From Oikopleura dioica (lineage: Eukaryota; Animalia; Chordata), in the NCBI GenBank assembly GCA_907165135.1, contig OU015570.1:2563929-2627928 (forward strand): a stretch of 64,000 nt of DNA, read 5' to 3'. The notes under the pieces are model-generated. The model was not told the DNA's origin. It searched no databases and worked only from the letters and a program-made list of their open reading frames with translations. The translations under genes and the position numbers were made by a program. Shown in pieces: positions 12,379 to 23,130 of the stretch. Each line of letters starts with the position of its first letter. Within the stretch, counting starts at the first letter, position 1.

Positions 12379-13500
12379 CTATAGAGCCCAAAAAATCTAG
12401 CTGCCGGTCGGTCTGTGGCCTCCAGCGAGCGCTAGACGTCCAATTTTGGTGCCAAAATTTCGCTAAAATAAGAGACTATTCCACAAAAAAGTGCCAAAAA
12501 TGGGGGGAAATAGACATTAAAATTGATTGTCATACACCCGTTGGCAGCTAGATTTCTTGGGCTCTATAGAAAGCTCAGAGTTTGAGCTTTCTAACAAACC
12601 GACTGTTGAATGTTCTAGATCGCCTAAATGCATCGAAAAATTTGATGCAAGAGTTCTAGTGCCTATTTTTGTACTTCCGGCCTCAAAATTGCCTTGCGGG
12701 CATGACCTAACCCCCTCGATATGGGTACCAAATGAAAGCCCAGGTCTTGGGCTTTCCAAAAATAGGCCATATTACTGCTATACTAAGCTAGAAAAAATGG
12801 CTGAAATTTTGTCCGGTAAGCCTACCAATCTGGGAAACTGGTTCCAAAATTCGATTTTATTTCTAATCTGGGAACTTAAGGTCCAAGATTGGAAAAATTT
12901 TCGAATCTGGGACCCAAGTTCCCAGGTGACAACGACGGCCAGTGAAGTGAATCTTGGAAACTTTTCTTTGCAAAAAATGATATTTTTTCCGTTTTGACAA
13001 TGTCAAACCTGAGATTTACTGTAAAACAGGCGCGGAGCGCACTCCCGCTCATTGACTGTAAAGTTAGTAACGTTAATATTGGTCTCAAGTTTCATTTATT
13101 GGGAGATTTGTTTTATTTGAAATGAGTGTTTTACACTAATAAGGGGCACTCGACAAAAATACAAAACAGTTGAACGCAAGAGGCGAGTCTTTCAAGGTAA
13201 AAGTAACAGGGTGTAGGGGTTTTACTCTCTCTATCTCTGAGTATTCGAACAAATAATGACACGGTATTTATCTCGAGGAAAAGAGTAAACTTTATTAGAG
13301 CTTTTGTTTGACCACAGGGTAAAATAGAGTGGTGGTGAATGCCTTGCGGCGCGCAGTTTTATAGGGTGAGACGTGGGCTCTTTGGCGCCCAACGATCTGT
13401 CTCAGAACGGAAGTGGGGTGGGTCGTACCAGAAGTCTCTGTGAGCAGAAATTTCGGAAGAGTAAAGACCTTACATAATCCTTCCCCCTTTTATTAGAGCA

Positions 13501-14526
13501 TTAGTTCTGGGTTGGATTATCCTGTTGACCAAGCTCGTCGAAGAGTTGTGAGAGTCCGCCTTGACGTGGATCATCTCCAACGCCTAGAAGCCAATCCATG
13601 AATTCTTGATTTGGTTTTAGAGAAAGGTCAGCATCAGAAATCGGGAGTAGCGACATGGCGTCATCGTCGTTGGGTAAGTCGTTATTTATGAAGTTTTCAG
13701 ATGGTGGTAGTTGAGGATTTGGAATCGGTGCGTCTTGGAGTGGAGTTTCTTGAGTAGCCGAGTCAATTCCAATATTATTCATCTCAATATTTCCATCCAT
13801 CGTCCCTTGTGATGTTTGACTTCCAATCTGTGAGTTTTGCGCGAGAGTATTTTCATTATTCGAGGCAACCATAGATGTATTTTGCATTGTCGCAGCAATC
13901 GGTGAGCTTGTAGTTAAGGAGTCTTCGAGAGTATTTTCATGATTCGAGGCAACCATAGATGAATTCTCCATAGTCGCATCAAACGAAGAGCTTGTAGTTG
14001 ATGAGTCTTCCAATCCAGAGTCTTGTACTGGCGAGTCTTACACTGGTGTAAGATCATAGTTGAGTTTTGGAGTGAGGGAGTATTCGAGAGCTTCTTTCCA
14101 GGTTTCTTCAAACTTATTAAGTTCATCTTTGCAGTGTTGTTTGATCATTCCTACGGATAACTTTTCCAGCGTTTTCCAGAAGACACGTTTGCATTTGAAG
14201 AATTTTTCGAAGTTGTCTAGTATTTTCGACTCGTGACCTTCACGAAAGCATGAGATGATAGTCGAGTGAATAATCCACTTATACAAGTCTGATTCTTTCT
14301 GATTATAGTTGTAGACTTCATAATCAGTGTCTCGCGAGTATTCTTCGATTTTCTTGTGAGTCTCTCGAATCAGCCGTAGGAGTTCTTCGATTTTTTCTTT
14401 GTCTTCTTTTTCCAGATACTGTCGATCAACCTCTATTCCGAAGATCATTGGGAGGCAGTATCTCTGAAACTTGATTTTGATCGTTGATTTTTGGAAGTAG
14501 AAACAGTGATCATGCACAAAAGACAT
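13501..14526 (-). pseudogene. Accessory ORF-X of element B (341 codons, one in-frame TAA at 14038-14040)
   Basis: ORFs 14038-14526 and 13501-14013 are in frame. The stop lies in a PV*DS-PVQDS duplication, suggesting CAA>TAA. The N-terminal half is similar to the last ORFs of C and D; the C-terminal half is acidic and low complexity. Confidence 0.7.
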
Positions 14527-14753
14527 CTTTCAATCCAGTGAGTGAGCATCATATAGCGTGAATGTTTCCCAATGAGTAGTGTGTTAATATTTAGCTTGTG
14601 CGTATCTTCCTTCATCGAAGACGTGATTGGTCCACTTTTATCGCTGTCGCCATGAAGTCGGGGCAGTTCTCGAAACAGCGTTAAGTACCAGCGAAATGTC
14701 ACGGCGCTGGGTAACCTTGAAGCGTTAGCCAGGAAACATTTGTCGCTGCGTGA

Positions 14754-15074
14754 TTATTTGTTCATCACTTGAGATCTTCGAACAAATTTTGTTTGATACG
14801 TGTTGTTGTGAGAGAGTTGCCAAGTCTCAAATTTCTTCTTAAGAATATAATATTTCGATTTTTGACCATCAGTAAGGCCTGTTTGATGAGCAAAATACGA
14901 TGTCGAATATTCAGAAAGTTGAAATTGCCTGAGTGATTGAACCTCTTAACGTGTGAACTTGACGTTGTGAGCTGACATTTGAGCGTGGCGATTCCGGTTC
15001 TTGATTATTTGAAAATCATCAATCTCTGGGTTCTTGCGAGCATCCTTCATGATGATTGATTTGAACTTTACCAT
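14754..15074 (-). pseudogene. Small accessory ORF of element B with HTH/homeodomain-like segment (one in-frame TAA at 14946-14948)
   Basis: Manual translation MVKFKSII...HNVKFTR*EVQSLRQFQLSEYSTSYFAHQTGLTDGQKSKYYILKKKF... Confidence 0.35.
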
Positions 15075-15163
15075 TGTTTACGTAAACTTGAGTGAACATC
15101 AGGTCTTGAGTATTATAGAGATGTTTTAACACGTGAGAGTCTGAGCAAGCCAAGAGAGGCGTA

Positions 15164-15183
15164 CCTTCCCCCTTTTTATTTTT
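15164..15183 (-). promoter_or_regulatory. Internal copy of the polypurine tract of element B
   Basis: AAAAGGGGGAAGG is identical to the 3' PPT at 13479-13491 and lies directly after the reconstructed pol end. Confidence 0.65.
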
Positions 15184-15291
15184 GAGCAGTCACTTTCTTG
15201 GTCTGAGACGTTTTGACCAGGTATCTTCTTCATTGAAAAGACTTTCCAGATCCAGTGAGTCTTGAGATTTGCTTGTTCCAGGAAGATTTTG

Positions 15292-18200
15292 TTAAGGAGC
15301 ATCGTCATCTGTGATGTCAGCATTTCCCATTATTTCCTCGTTCGTCGTGATGTTCGCCTTGATCTCTTTTTCATCAAAGAGTTTTAATGGACGAATATTG
15401 TGAAGATGACGGCGATATGTGCGTTTTGTCTTTGGACACATGAGAATATATGAGTCTTTCGAGATTCGATTTTTGACGTAGAATGGACCATCCCAATTGA
15501 TGCCAAGTTTTCCACTTGTGTGATCAGGCTTGTACGTCAACACCTTTGTTCCAATTTTGAGGACAGGAGCGCTGTTTTTGTCCTTCATTACGAGCTTGTT
15601 ATATCGATCCATGTGAAGTCGCATTAATGATGGGTGAAGTTCACGTAAATACTCATTCAGAGCCTTCACGAAGGGCTCTCTTTTTCCATCAATTGAGTCA
15701 ATCTTGTAAGGAACGTGAAATGACCGACCAAAGACGCATTCGTTTGGTGTGAGAGAATCCAATGTTTCTCTTGGGAGATTGTTCATGTGATAACACGCTT
15801 CAGGCCACTTAAGCGACCAATTTCTACTGTTTCCGCCAAGAGTTTTGATGAACTTTGCAATGTCGCGATGTGATCGTTCAACTTTTCCATTTGACATACT
15901 TCGGTAAGCAGTAGTTATGACGTGAGTGATTTCGAACCTTTTCAATATTTCTTTACAGAGGGGCCCGAATTCTTTGCCGTTGTCAGACACAATGACACCA
16001 TTGATACCATGACGCAGGATGAGCTTGAGAAGTCCTCTAGAGACCAGAGCATCGCTTTTGCTGTGAAGTGGTTCGCCATCCAGGTATGAGGTGAGCTCAT
16101 CGATACATGTGAGTAGATACCTCTTATTATTTGTATCTTGTCTGTAGAAGTCAACCAAGTCGATGTGAACTTTTCTGAATGGAGTGGACTCGTAAAATCT
16201 ATTCGGAATCATGCTTGGTTTGAGTTTCTTCTGAGGTTTGATCCGGAGACAGGTTGCGCAGCTTGAGGTTATTGAGCGAGCACGATCTTGAACCTTGTGG
16301 ATGTAGAATCGTTTGACCAGATTAATGAGGGCTTTGCATCCACATTGAGCTGTGAGAACGTGGAGATAATTCAAGAATTCATTCGAAACCGATTCCGGGA
16401 GAACAATTCGATTGTCAGCAAACAAAACACCGTTGGTTTGTTTGAACTTCTTGGAAGGATTTTTCTTCGATTTCTCAATGAGATTTTGAGTATTAGGACA
16501 CTCAAACTGAAGTTTTGCCATTTCTTCGTATGTAAAAGAACGGTTTTCAAATTCAAAAATCTTCTTTGAATCCTCTGGTTTGATGAGCGCGAAGATTGTG
16601 TCAGATGATTCTTCGAAACCTTTTGCTTCTTTTTCTAGTTGTGATGAATGTAAATTTGGGATTCTGCTGAGAGCGTCTGCGGTTGCCATAACCGGATTGT
16701 GGCCAGGTCGATGCAGAATTTTGAAAGAGAAATTCTGAAGATAGTGCTGAATTGTCGCAAGTCGGATGTCGAGAGCTTTCTTCGAGTGCTCTTTGTTAAG
16801 GTATAAGAGACTTTTGTGATCTGTTATTGCTGTGAATTCCACTCCGATGAGATAGTATTCGAAGTATTTGATATTTTCCATTAGAGCGATCAATTCTTTT
16901 TCTCTCATAGATCTCCGGCTGTCTGTTTTGTTGAATGGTCTTGAGAAGTATCTAAGTGTTGTGAAGGTTTGATCATCCTGACATTGATAAAGACAACCAC
17001 CCATGGCATGTCCACTCGCATCGGAGACAACAGTGAGGGGTGCATCAGTTTTGAAGTGACCAAGAGAGGGTCTTTCGAGGAGTTTGTTGCGAATGATTTC
17101 AAAGGCGGTTTGATGTTCTTCTTTCCAATCGAATGTGACCTTTGAGCTTGTTAGTTGATACAGAGGACGTAAGATCAGTGAAGCATCTTTGACGTATTTG
17201 ATGTTGTAGTTGATCATTCCAAGGACTCGTTTGAGCGATTGTCTATCCGTTGGAGGCTGAAGATCTTTGATGCATTTGATATGTTTGTTCGTGAGCGTGA
17301 TTCCATCTTTCGATATCCGATGTCCAAGAAACTCGGTGGATGATTTGCAGAGAATCATTTTCTTGGTATTTAGAAGAAGTCCATTATCGATACACTTTTG
17401 GAATACAAACCTCAGTGTTTGTAAATGCTCCGTGAAATTACTATTGAGAATGATAATGTCATCCAAATAGATGAGGATATTTGGGTGATTGAAGAGTCTG
17501 TCCATGACCCTCGAAAACGCTGCTGGTGCAGTACTTGTTCCGTAGAGCATTCTATTTGAGCAATAGTGTTTCGAGTTGTATGAGAATGCGAGTTTCTTCG
17601 TATCGTTATCAGCGACTCTGATTTGCCAATAACCTCTCGAGAAATCGACTTGTGAGAAGTAACATTCTTTTCCACTTGTGAGTTTTTCTCCAATTCTTGT
17701 GAATATTGTGCTGAGATGTGGTATCGGGAACCGATCGGATACCAGAAGTTTGTTGAGTTCGCGAGCGTCAAGACTTATTCTGATACTTGAGTCGGGTTTT
17801 TGAAGAATGAGCAGAGGTATGTTGAATGCACTTTGAGCCATTGAGATTATTCTTAGATCGAGCCATTCGTTGAGATTTTGTTGAACTTTTGGCTGTAAGT
17901 GTATCGGCACACGTCGAGGGACGCTGTGAGCACTAAGCGTCTCGTCGTGGAGAGGAAGGGAGAACCGAAGGTAAGCAAGCTGACCAATATCCCAATCTCC
18001 CATACTGCAAGCAAGCCTTAGCTCGACTAGTAGATCGTACAGTTGTTTCTTTTGATCGGGGTTTGTATCTCCGAATGACGCAATTTCTGGGATAAAATTT
18101 ATTTTTGTTGCTTTTTCTTCTCTCTCAGATTGAAATTTATGAAGTTCTTGTTTGTCTGCATCGATGTCGTCGACTTCAATGATTGCATTGACTGCATGAG

Positions 18201-18609
18201 ATTTGCGAAATGGTACTCTTTGAACTTCTTTTTTGTTTATTTGGATCGTTTTTGATGCGTTGCCAGCGGTGAGCGATAATTGTTGCAACACATCCATACC
18301 AAGGATGCAGGGAACAGAGAGATTTTCGATAATGAGCGGTTTGACTTTGATTTTGAGCGGTGAAGAATTGGTTTCAATCGAGATATTGATACTTTCGCTG
18401 AGAGTGTTTGTGTGAATAACAGTGTTGGCTATCGTAACTGGAGTTTTCGAAGGGGAGAGATTTCTTGAAAGGCCGGGTAGATGAGATCGGAGTGCTGTCT
18501 GAGTAGCACCAGTATCTACGAGAGCTGGCCATTCATAACCATTGATTTCGACATTGACAAATACGAGCTTGTTTGAGATGCAGGATGCGAGAATAGTCTG
18601 GTCTTCTAG
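15292..18609 (-). CDS. pol: Pol of element B (PR-RT-RNase H-IN), in frame with gag
   Basis: The frame is open from the gag stop: LVDTGA protease in 18298-18609, then ILGMD, IYLDD, VSDAS, TDHKSL, HIDL/VSDNG/KVER and WDGPF. After TAA 15292-15294 the frame continues to WSKRLRPRK* at 15190. Confidence 0.95.
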   Translation of the reverse strand, partial: LEDQTILASCISNKLVFVNVEINGYEWPALVDTGATQTALRSHLPGLSRNLSPSKTPVTIANTVIHTNTLSESINISIETNSSPLKIKVKPLIIENLSVPCILGMDVLQQLSLTAGNASKTIQINKKEVQRVPFRKSHAVNAIIEVDDIDADKQELHKFQSEREEKATKINFIPEIASFGDTNPDQKKQLYDLLVELRLACSMGDWDIGQLAYLRFSLPLHDETLSAHSVPRRVPIHLQPKVQQNLNEWLDLRIISMAQSAFNIPLLILQKPDSSIRISLDARELNKLLVSDRFPIPHLSTIFTRIGEKLTSGKECYFSQVDFSRGYWQIRVADNDTKKLAFSYNSKHYCSNRMLYGTSTAPAAFSRVMDRLFNHPNILIYLDDIIILNSNFTEHLQTLRFVFQKCIDNGLLLNTKKMILCKSSTEFLGHRISKDGITLTNKHIKCIKDLQPPTDRQSLKRVLGMINYNIKYVKDASLILRPLYQLTSSKVTFDWKEEHQTAFEIIRNKLLERPSLGHFKTDAPLTVVSDASGHAMGGCLYQCQDDQTFTTLRYFSRPFNKTDSRRSMREKELIALMENIKYFEYYLIGVEFTAITDHKSLLYLNKEHSKKALDIRLATIQHYLQNFSFKILHRPGHNPVMATADALSRIPNLHSSQLEKEAKGFEESSDTIFALIKPEDSKKIFEFENRSFTYEEMAKLQFECPNTQNLIEKSKKNPSKKFKQTNGVLFADNRIVLPESVSNEFLNYLHVLTAQCGCKALINLVKRFYIHKVQDRARSITSSCATCLRIKPQKKLKPSMIPNRFYESTPFRKVHIDLVDFYRQDTNNKRYLLTCIDELTSYLDGEPLHSKSDALVSRGLLKLILRHGINGVIVSDNGKEFGPLCKEILKRFEITHVITTAYRSMSNGKVERSHRDIAKFIKTLGGNSRNWSLKWPEACYHMNNLPRETLDSLTPNECVFGRSFHVPYKIDSIDGKREPFVKALNEYLRELHPSLMRLHMDRYNKLVMKDKNSAPVLKIGTKVLTYKPDHTSGKLGINWDGPFYVKNRISKDSYILMCPKTKRTYRRHLHNIRPLKLFDEKEIKANITTNEEIMGNADITDDDAP

Positions 18610-19953
18610 TCATTTCGCGTTATTGGCTGCGTCAATGACCGATTTCGGGGGATCATTACTGTGAATGTATTTGCAATTTCCTTCGTATTTGCATTTCTTG
18701 TGTTTTGTGTATGTGATGCAGTGTCCTTCCATTTTTCGAACGTCAACTCGTTTTTGTCTTGGGTTCTTTTCATCCTTCTTGTCTGTTGATCTGCTATCTT
18801 TCTCCATTTTCTGTTTCATTTCCGATCTGAGCATGTTTATTTGAGACTCGATGTATGACTTGTGATGTGATTCGATCGCAAACAAGTTTTGGTCCTGTGT
18901 TGGTGAGCCAATCGATCTTTCCAATTCTGCACTTCTTGCAGATATATTGTCATACGTGAGAGACGATTTTTCTCGGTTCAGAAGTCGTTTGAGATCGTTC
19001 TGCTGAGCGTTGATGAAAAGTTCGACCAGCATGTCTGAGTCTGATTCACTGAGCTCTTCTCTTCCGTAGCTTTGTATGAACAAGTCCGTCAGTTTAGCCA
19101 AGCAGATTCCGGTCGACTCGTCTCCTCTCTGGTATGTTCTCAATTTGTGACGATAGTGATCTTTTGATCGTCCCAAGATTTGGGTTAATTTCTTCGAAAA
19201 CGCAGACCAGGAAACAAGCTCATCTGCTTTTAACGCGCGTCTGATACTGATTCCACATTCGTCATTCATCAAGGCACTGAGGCTGATTGCGATAAGATCC
19301 TGCTCGTTGATACCGTTACACATTTGGAACAGTTCCATCTGCTGAAGAAATGAGTCGATTGGAAGGTCACTCGAATATTTTGCCGGTTTTATCATTGAGT
19401 TCTTTGATTTCGGAATCCGCGGAGATTTGGCTTTAAATTCTCTTTTTCGACGTCGAGCATTTTGACCTTTTTGCTTCGAGTGATTGTTTCCCGGCTCTTT
19501 CTTGACCTTTTCCTTTTTGCGATCGTTGTTGATAACCGTTTCGTCTGGATCTTCGAGAGAATCCTCAGATAGACTTCCATCACTTGATTCGGCTTCACTT
19601 ATGTCGCTTTCAACTTTCATTGATGAGATCAGCGCTTGAAGAGAATCAGCGGTGGAGGATGCTTGGATCTGTGCGATGTTGAGTTTGTGATGCGGCTTTG
19701 CCAATTTTTGAAGCTCGACATTGGACCCGTCGTTGTCCTTCTGAAACTCGACCACTCCTGGTTGCGATTTGAAGACGAATTTTCTTCCCGGTGCGAAGTA
19801 GTCCGGTGCGAGATCAAGAATATTCAAAACGATACTTGATTTATCGCTTATTGGGATTTTGCATGGGTAGGTTTTGTCAGGAAGAGAGTCGTAGATACGG
19901 CATAGTTCCTGGCGTGAGAGGTCACTTGCTTCTTTCCAGTAGACCGTGGACAT
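18610..19953 (-). CDS. gag: Gag of element B with C-terminal CCCH zinc finger
   Basis: First ORF after the PBS. Capsid-like YQRGDES motif. CITYTKHKKCKYEGNCKYIH at 18661-18720. Confidence 0.92.
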   Translation of the reverse strand: MSTVYWKEASDLSRQELCRIYDSLPDKTYPCKIPISDKSSIVLNILDLAPDYFAPGRKFVFKSQPGVVEFQKDNDGSNVELQKLAKPHHKLNIAQIQASSTADSLQALISSMKVESDISEAESSDGSLSEDSLEDPDETVINNDRKKEKVKKEPGNNHSKQKGQNARRRKREFKAKSPRIPKSKNSMIKPAKYSSDLPIDSFLQQMELFQMCNGINEQDLIAISLSALMNDECGISIRRALKADELVSWSAFSKKLTQILGRSKDHYRHKLRTYQRGDESTGICLAKLTDLFIQSYGREELSESDSDMLVELFINAQQNDLKRLLNREKSSLTYDNISARSAELERSIGSPTQDQNLFAIESHHKSYIESQINMLRSEMKQKMEKDSRSTDKKDEKNPRQKRVDVRKMEGHCITYTKHKKCKYEGNCKYIHSNDPPKSVIDAANNAK

Positions 19954-20466
19954 GGCTGCTGTCTTGTTTACTTCGTCCGAAGCAAGTGAATTAGATCAGG
20001 CAGGATTGTGCTGATCTCTCTTGAAGGCGTTACCAGTTTTCGGCAGTCACCAAATTATGTAGGGGTTTTACTCTCTCTATCTCTGAGTATTCGAACAAAT
20101 AATGACACGGTATTTATCTCGAGGAAAAGAGTAAACTTTATTAGAGCTTTTGTTTGACCACAGGGTAAAATAGAGTGGTGGTGAATGCCTTGCGGCGCGC
20201 AGTTTTATAGGGTGAGACGTGGGCTCTTTGGCGCCCAACGATCTGTCTCAGAACGGAAGTGGGGTGGGTCGTACCAGAAGTCTCTGTGAGCAGTAATTTC
20301 GGAAGAGTAAAGACCTTACAAGGGTTCTTTATTGAATTATGGTCAGAATAAGCCAATGATGTGAAAAATTCATAACAAATAATAACATTAATAGAGATTG
20401 TGCATCTAGAATCAGCACAATCAGTGAAATAATGAGGTTCCAAGATTCGCAACCGACTTTAGGGCA

Positions 20467-20623
20467 GGCCGTCGTTGTCACCTGGGAACTTGGGTCCCAG
20501 ATTCGAAAATTTTTCCGATCTTGGAACCTTTGTTCCCAGATTAAAAATAAAATCGAATCTTGGAACCGGGTTCCCAAATTGGCAAAATTTTCTAATCTTG
20601 GAACCTGGTTCCCAGGTGACAGC
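20467..20623. mobile_element. Intact ~155-bp MITE
   Basis: TIRs gttgtcacctgggaac / gttcccaggtgacagc. Same family as 8027-12940. Confidence 0.8.
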
Positions 20624-20692
20624 TTACGACCGATAAATTATGATAAACAAAATCTAATTTTGCGCGATTTGGTTTCTGATATCTTTTTTTAA

Positions 20693-21178
20693 CCCGTTGC
20701 CGAGCGCGTAGCATTCAGGATGCTACAAGCGCCTTTCAAGCCAAATATCTCTTGATCAAATATGCCCATTTCAAAAAATTTTTTGATTTTAGGAAATTTC
20801 AGCCTTTTCTGAATAGGTCTGCTGCTTCCAATTTTTAAAATAATATTTATTTGTCCCTAGAAAATGAGAAAGAAAAAAGGAAGTCAGCCCTCGCGGCGCT
20901 TCTTTTCTATTGTTCTGCGGCGCGCAATTGTCTTTTTCTCTTGACTCGAACAATGGCGCCGCTGAAGAAACCCTCTTTTTTTCCCTATTTTCGGTTTTCT
21001 AGCTCCAGTAAGCTTCTGTGAAATAATAGAATGTAATAGATGAGGCTTTGATAAATAACGTCGAGAAAAAAATATCCATAAAAAATAAGTAGAAGTGGGA
21101 GAAAATAGCGCTCAAAGTCGTAGCATTGAGGATGCTACGCGAGCGGCAAGCCAATCTAGCGGAGCGCTCGGCAACGGG
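20693..21178. mobile_element. piggyBac-type MITE
   Basis: TTAA|cccgttgccgagcgc ... gcgctcggcaacggg|TTAA, a perfect 15-bp TIR. Confidence 0.9.
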
Positions 21179-23130
21179 TTAAAAGGCATGAATGGTGGTA
21201 TGCGGTCACCTTAGTTTACCAGTCCCAGGTTGTCGGATTCTGTAACCTGGGTTTAGAAAATCCCCGTTTCGCAAAGGGTGGTGCTCCTTGGCGAGAAGCT
21301 TTTGCCGCGGCGCGTTTCGAGTTTTCACTGCGATCGAGCCCGCGCTCTCACCAATAGAAAATTGAAAAAAATTAGTGCGGTTAGATATAAGGTTTTTGGA
21401 AACCTTACGTTTCATGTCTCATACGTAGTCATGGGTGAATACACATGAATGCGACGCGGTATTCCTTGTACCACCGGTTTCACAGGTGAAACCGGTTGAT
21501 TGATTACTTTTTACACTGCGCCACCTAACAATTATCACCCTATAAAACGGGAACTGTTCTCAACTAAACACGCACATTTCACGCAGACTCAATAAACGGT
21601 CACTTAGACTTGGACATGTAGTCCTTTTTGTACGCAGGCAGCGTTGGCCAGTCCCGAAACCTTTTATAGATTCGAACGCACGCCACCGGGAAGAATAAGT
21701 CCTATCGAATACCAACTGGGCCACTAACTCATGTTCGGTGTCCATTTTGAATGAGTATAAATTAAGGCTACTTTGGTCAAGTCCCAAAAGGTCTAGATAA
21801 TGTCAGAGTAAGTGACAGCACCTAATTTAAAAGATAAGATCAGAGGATAACAGAAAATGTTTTGAGACAGGTCTTGATTGAGGAATATAAGCAGGATTTT
21901 TTTTTCGATGAAAGAATGATAAGAAATATTCACATTTTAAGAGTATTTGCTTTTCTTGCGCGAATGTTTTCTTGACAATAGATTCTTGAATTAAAGACTT
22001 CTCCGTCAGCTTTAATTCGAAAAAATGAATTTCGAAATTTTAACATTTTGACCCCGGAAATCGATTCTATATGGCTAGGGCTGCTACTTTAAAAATCGGC
22101 CATAAGAAGCCTCATAGATAAGGACCCTATCATAAGGTTATTCAAAATAACTTATTCCAAGGGGGTGCACAGTGGAAAAATTATTGAAATAAAAATTATT
22201 GTTATAATATATAAAGCCCTGCCATTAACATCTTAAGGGTAAAACATGAAATCGGCGCGGCGCGGCTGCCCCTTCAGGGCCCCGCCGTGACCTATTTTTC
22301 AGAGACCTGTCAAATCTGAACGAAGAAAGTATTTTCATAATTCTATTTGCGTTATGATCATCCAGGCCTGCACTTTCATAAGGACAATTTTGAAAAAACT
22401 TGTGAGCGTAGAAGTATGAAAAAATGGGATGACTTGCTCAAAGTCCTCCCACAATTTTCGTCCGATTTTTCCCAAATTAGAACCATTTTGTAGAGCTCCG
22501 TCTACTCTACGAATTCGTAGACTTACTTTTTAAATTTTTATTTTATAGATCTTTAGACGGAGCTTGGAAATGAGCGATCCCTCGAAAAAAGACATTAGCA
22601 GAAGCGCAGCGTGTGAAAAAGGCGGCCGCGGAGTGATAGCGTGTAGTGTTTCTCATTAGTCATCCGCCACTTGTGTTCACCGCGCCGCGCCGCGCGCAGT
22701 TCACGACCCGCGAAGCGCTTTTCACGACTCGCGAAGCGCATTTCACTACGCGCAAACGCTCCGCCGCAAACCGCGAAAGCACAGCTCACCACGGACTAGG
22801 ATCAACTCACGACTCACGAAAAAGTCACTCACCACGATCTAACAGCTCACCACGGTTTATGAAAACCATATATAAACGATCTTATTTCTCACTGACACAC
22901 AGTTCACACAACACACTCAACACTACTTTTTACTCAGAGACATCACAATAAAACTTGCTCTTTTTAACACAACGTTCGTCGCTCACTATTTGTATTCCCG
23001 CTCGCGAATACGATAAACGCAATTAGTTATCCAACTTATGTACTGTGAGAAACACGTACATATTTTGGTGACTGAAGAAAACGCTTCGCCCATGTAGAGA
23101 TTAACGATCGAAGAGAGCTGCTCATGAAAC

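Larger units (their letters stand above)
8076..12824. mobile_element. hAT-type MITE (~518 bp without element A)
   Basis: TIR taggcttaccggac / gtccggtaagccta. 8-bp TSD ccaatctg at 8068-8075 and 12825-12832. TAGG termini. Confidence 0.85.
8027..12940. mobile_element. ~155-bp MITE split by nested insertions
   Basis: TIR g(c/t)tgtcacctgggaac. The halves 8027-8075 and 12833-12940 reconstitute the intact inverted copy at 20467-20623. Confidence 0.8.
13212..20320 (-). mobile_element. LTR element B, full-length Ty3/Gypsy with CCCH Gag and accessory region
   Basis: 263-bp TG..CA LTRs at 13212-13474 and 20058-20320 (1 mismatch seen). TSD aggg. PBS TGGTGAC (tRNA-Trp-like) after a 5-nt spacer. PPT at 13479-13494. 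Confidence 0.97.

Noticed and set aside
13501-15120. env gene in the post-pol regions of B, C and D
   Set aside because: No signal peptide, furin site plus fusion peptide, or C-terminal transmembrane segment is visible.
21330-21830. LTR-like segment with TATAAAA and AATAAA
   Set aside because: No defined TG..CA boundaries, second copy, TSD or convincing PBS.
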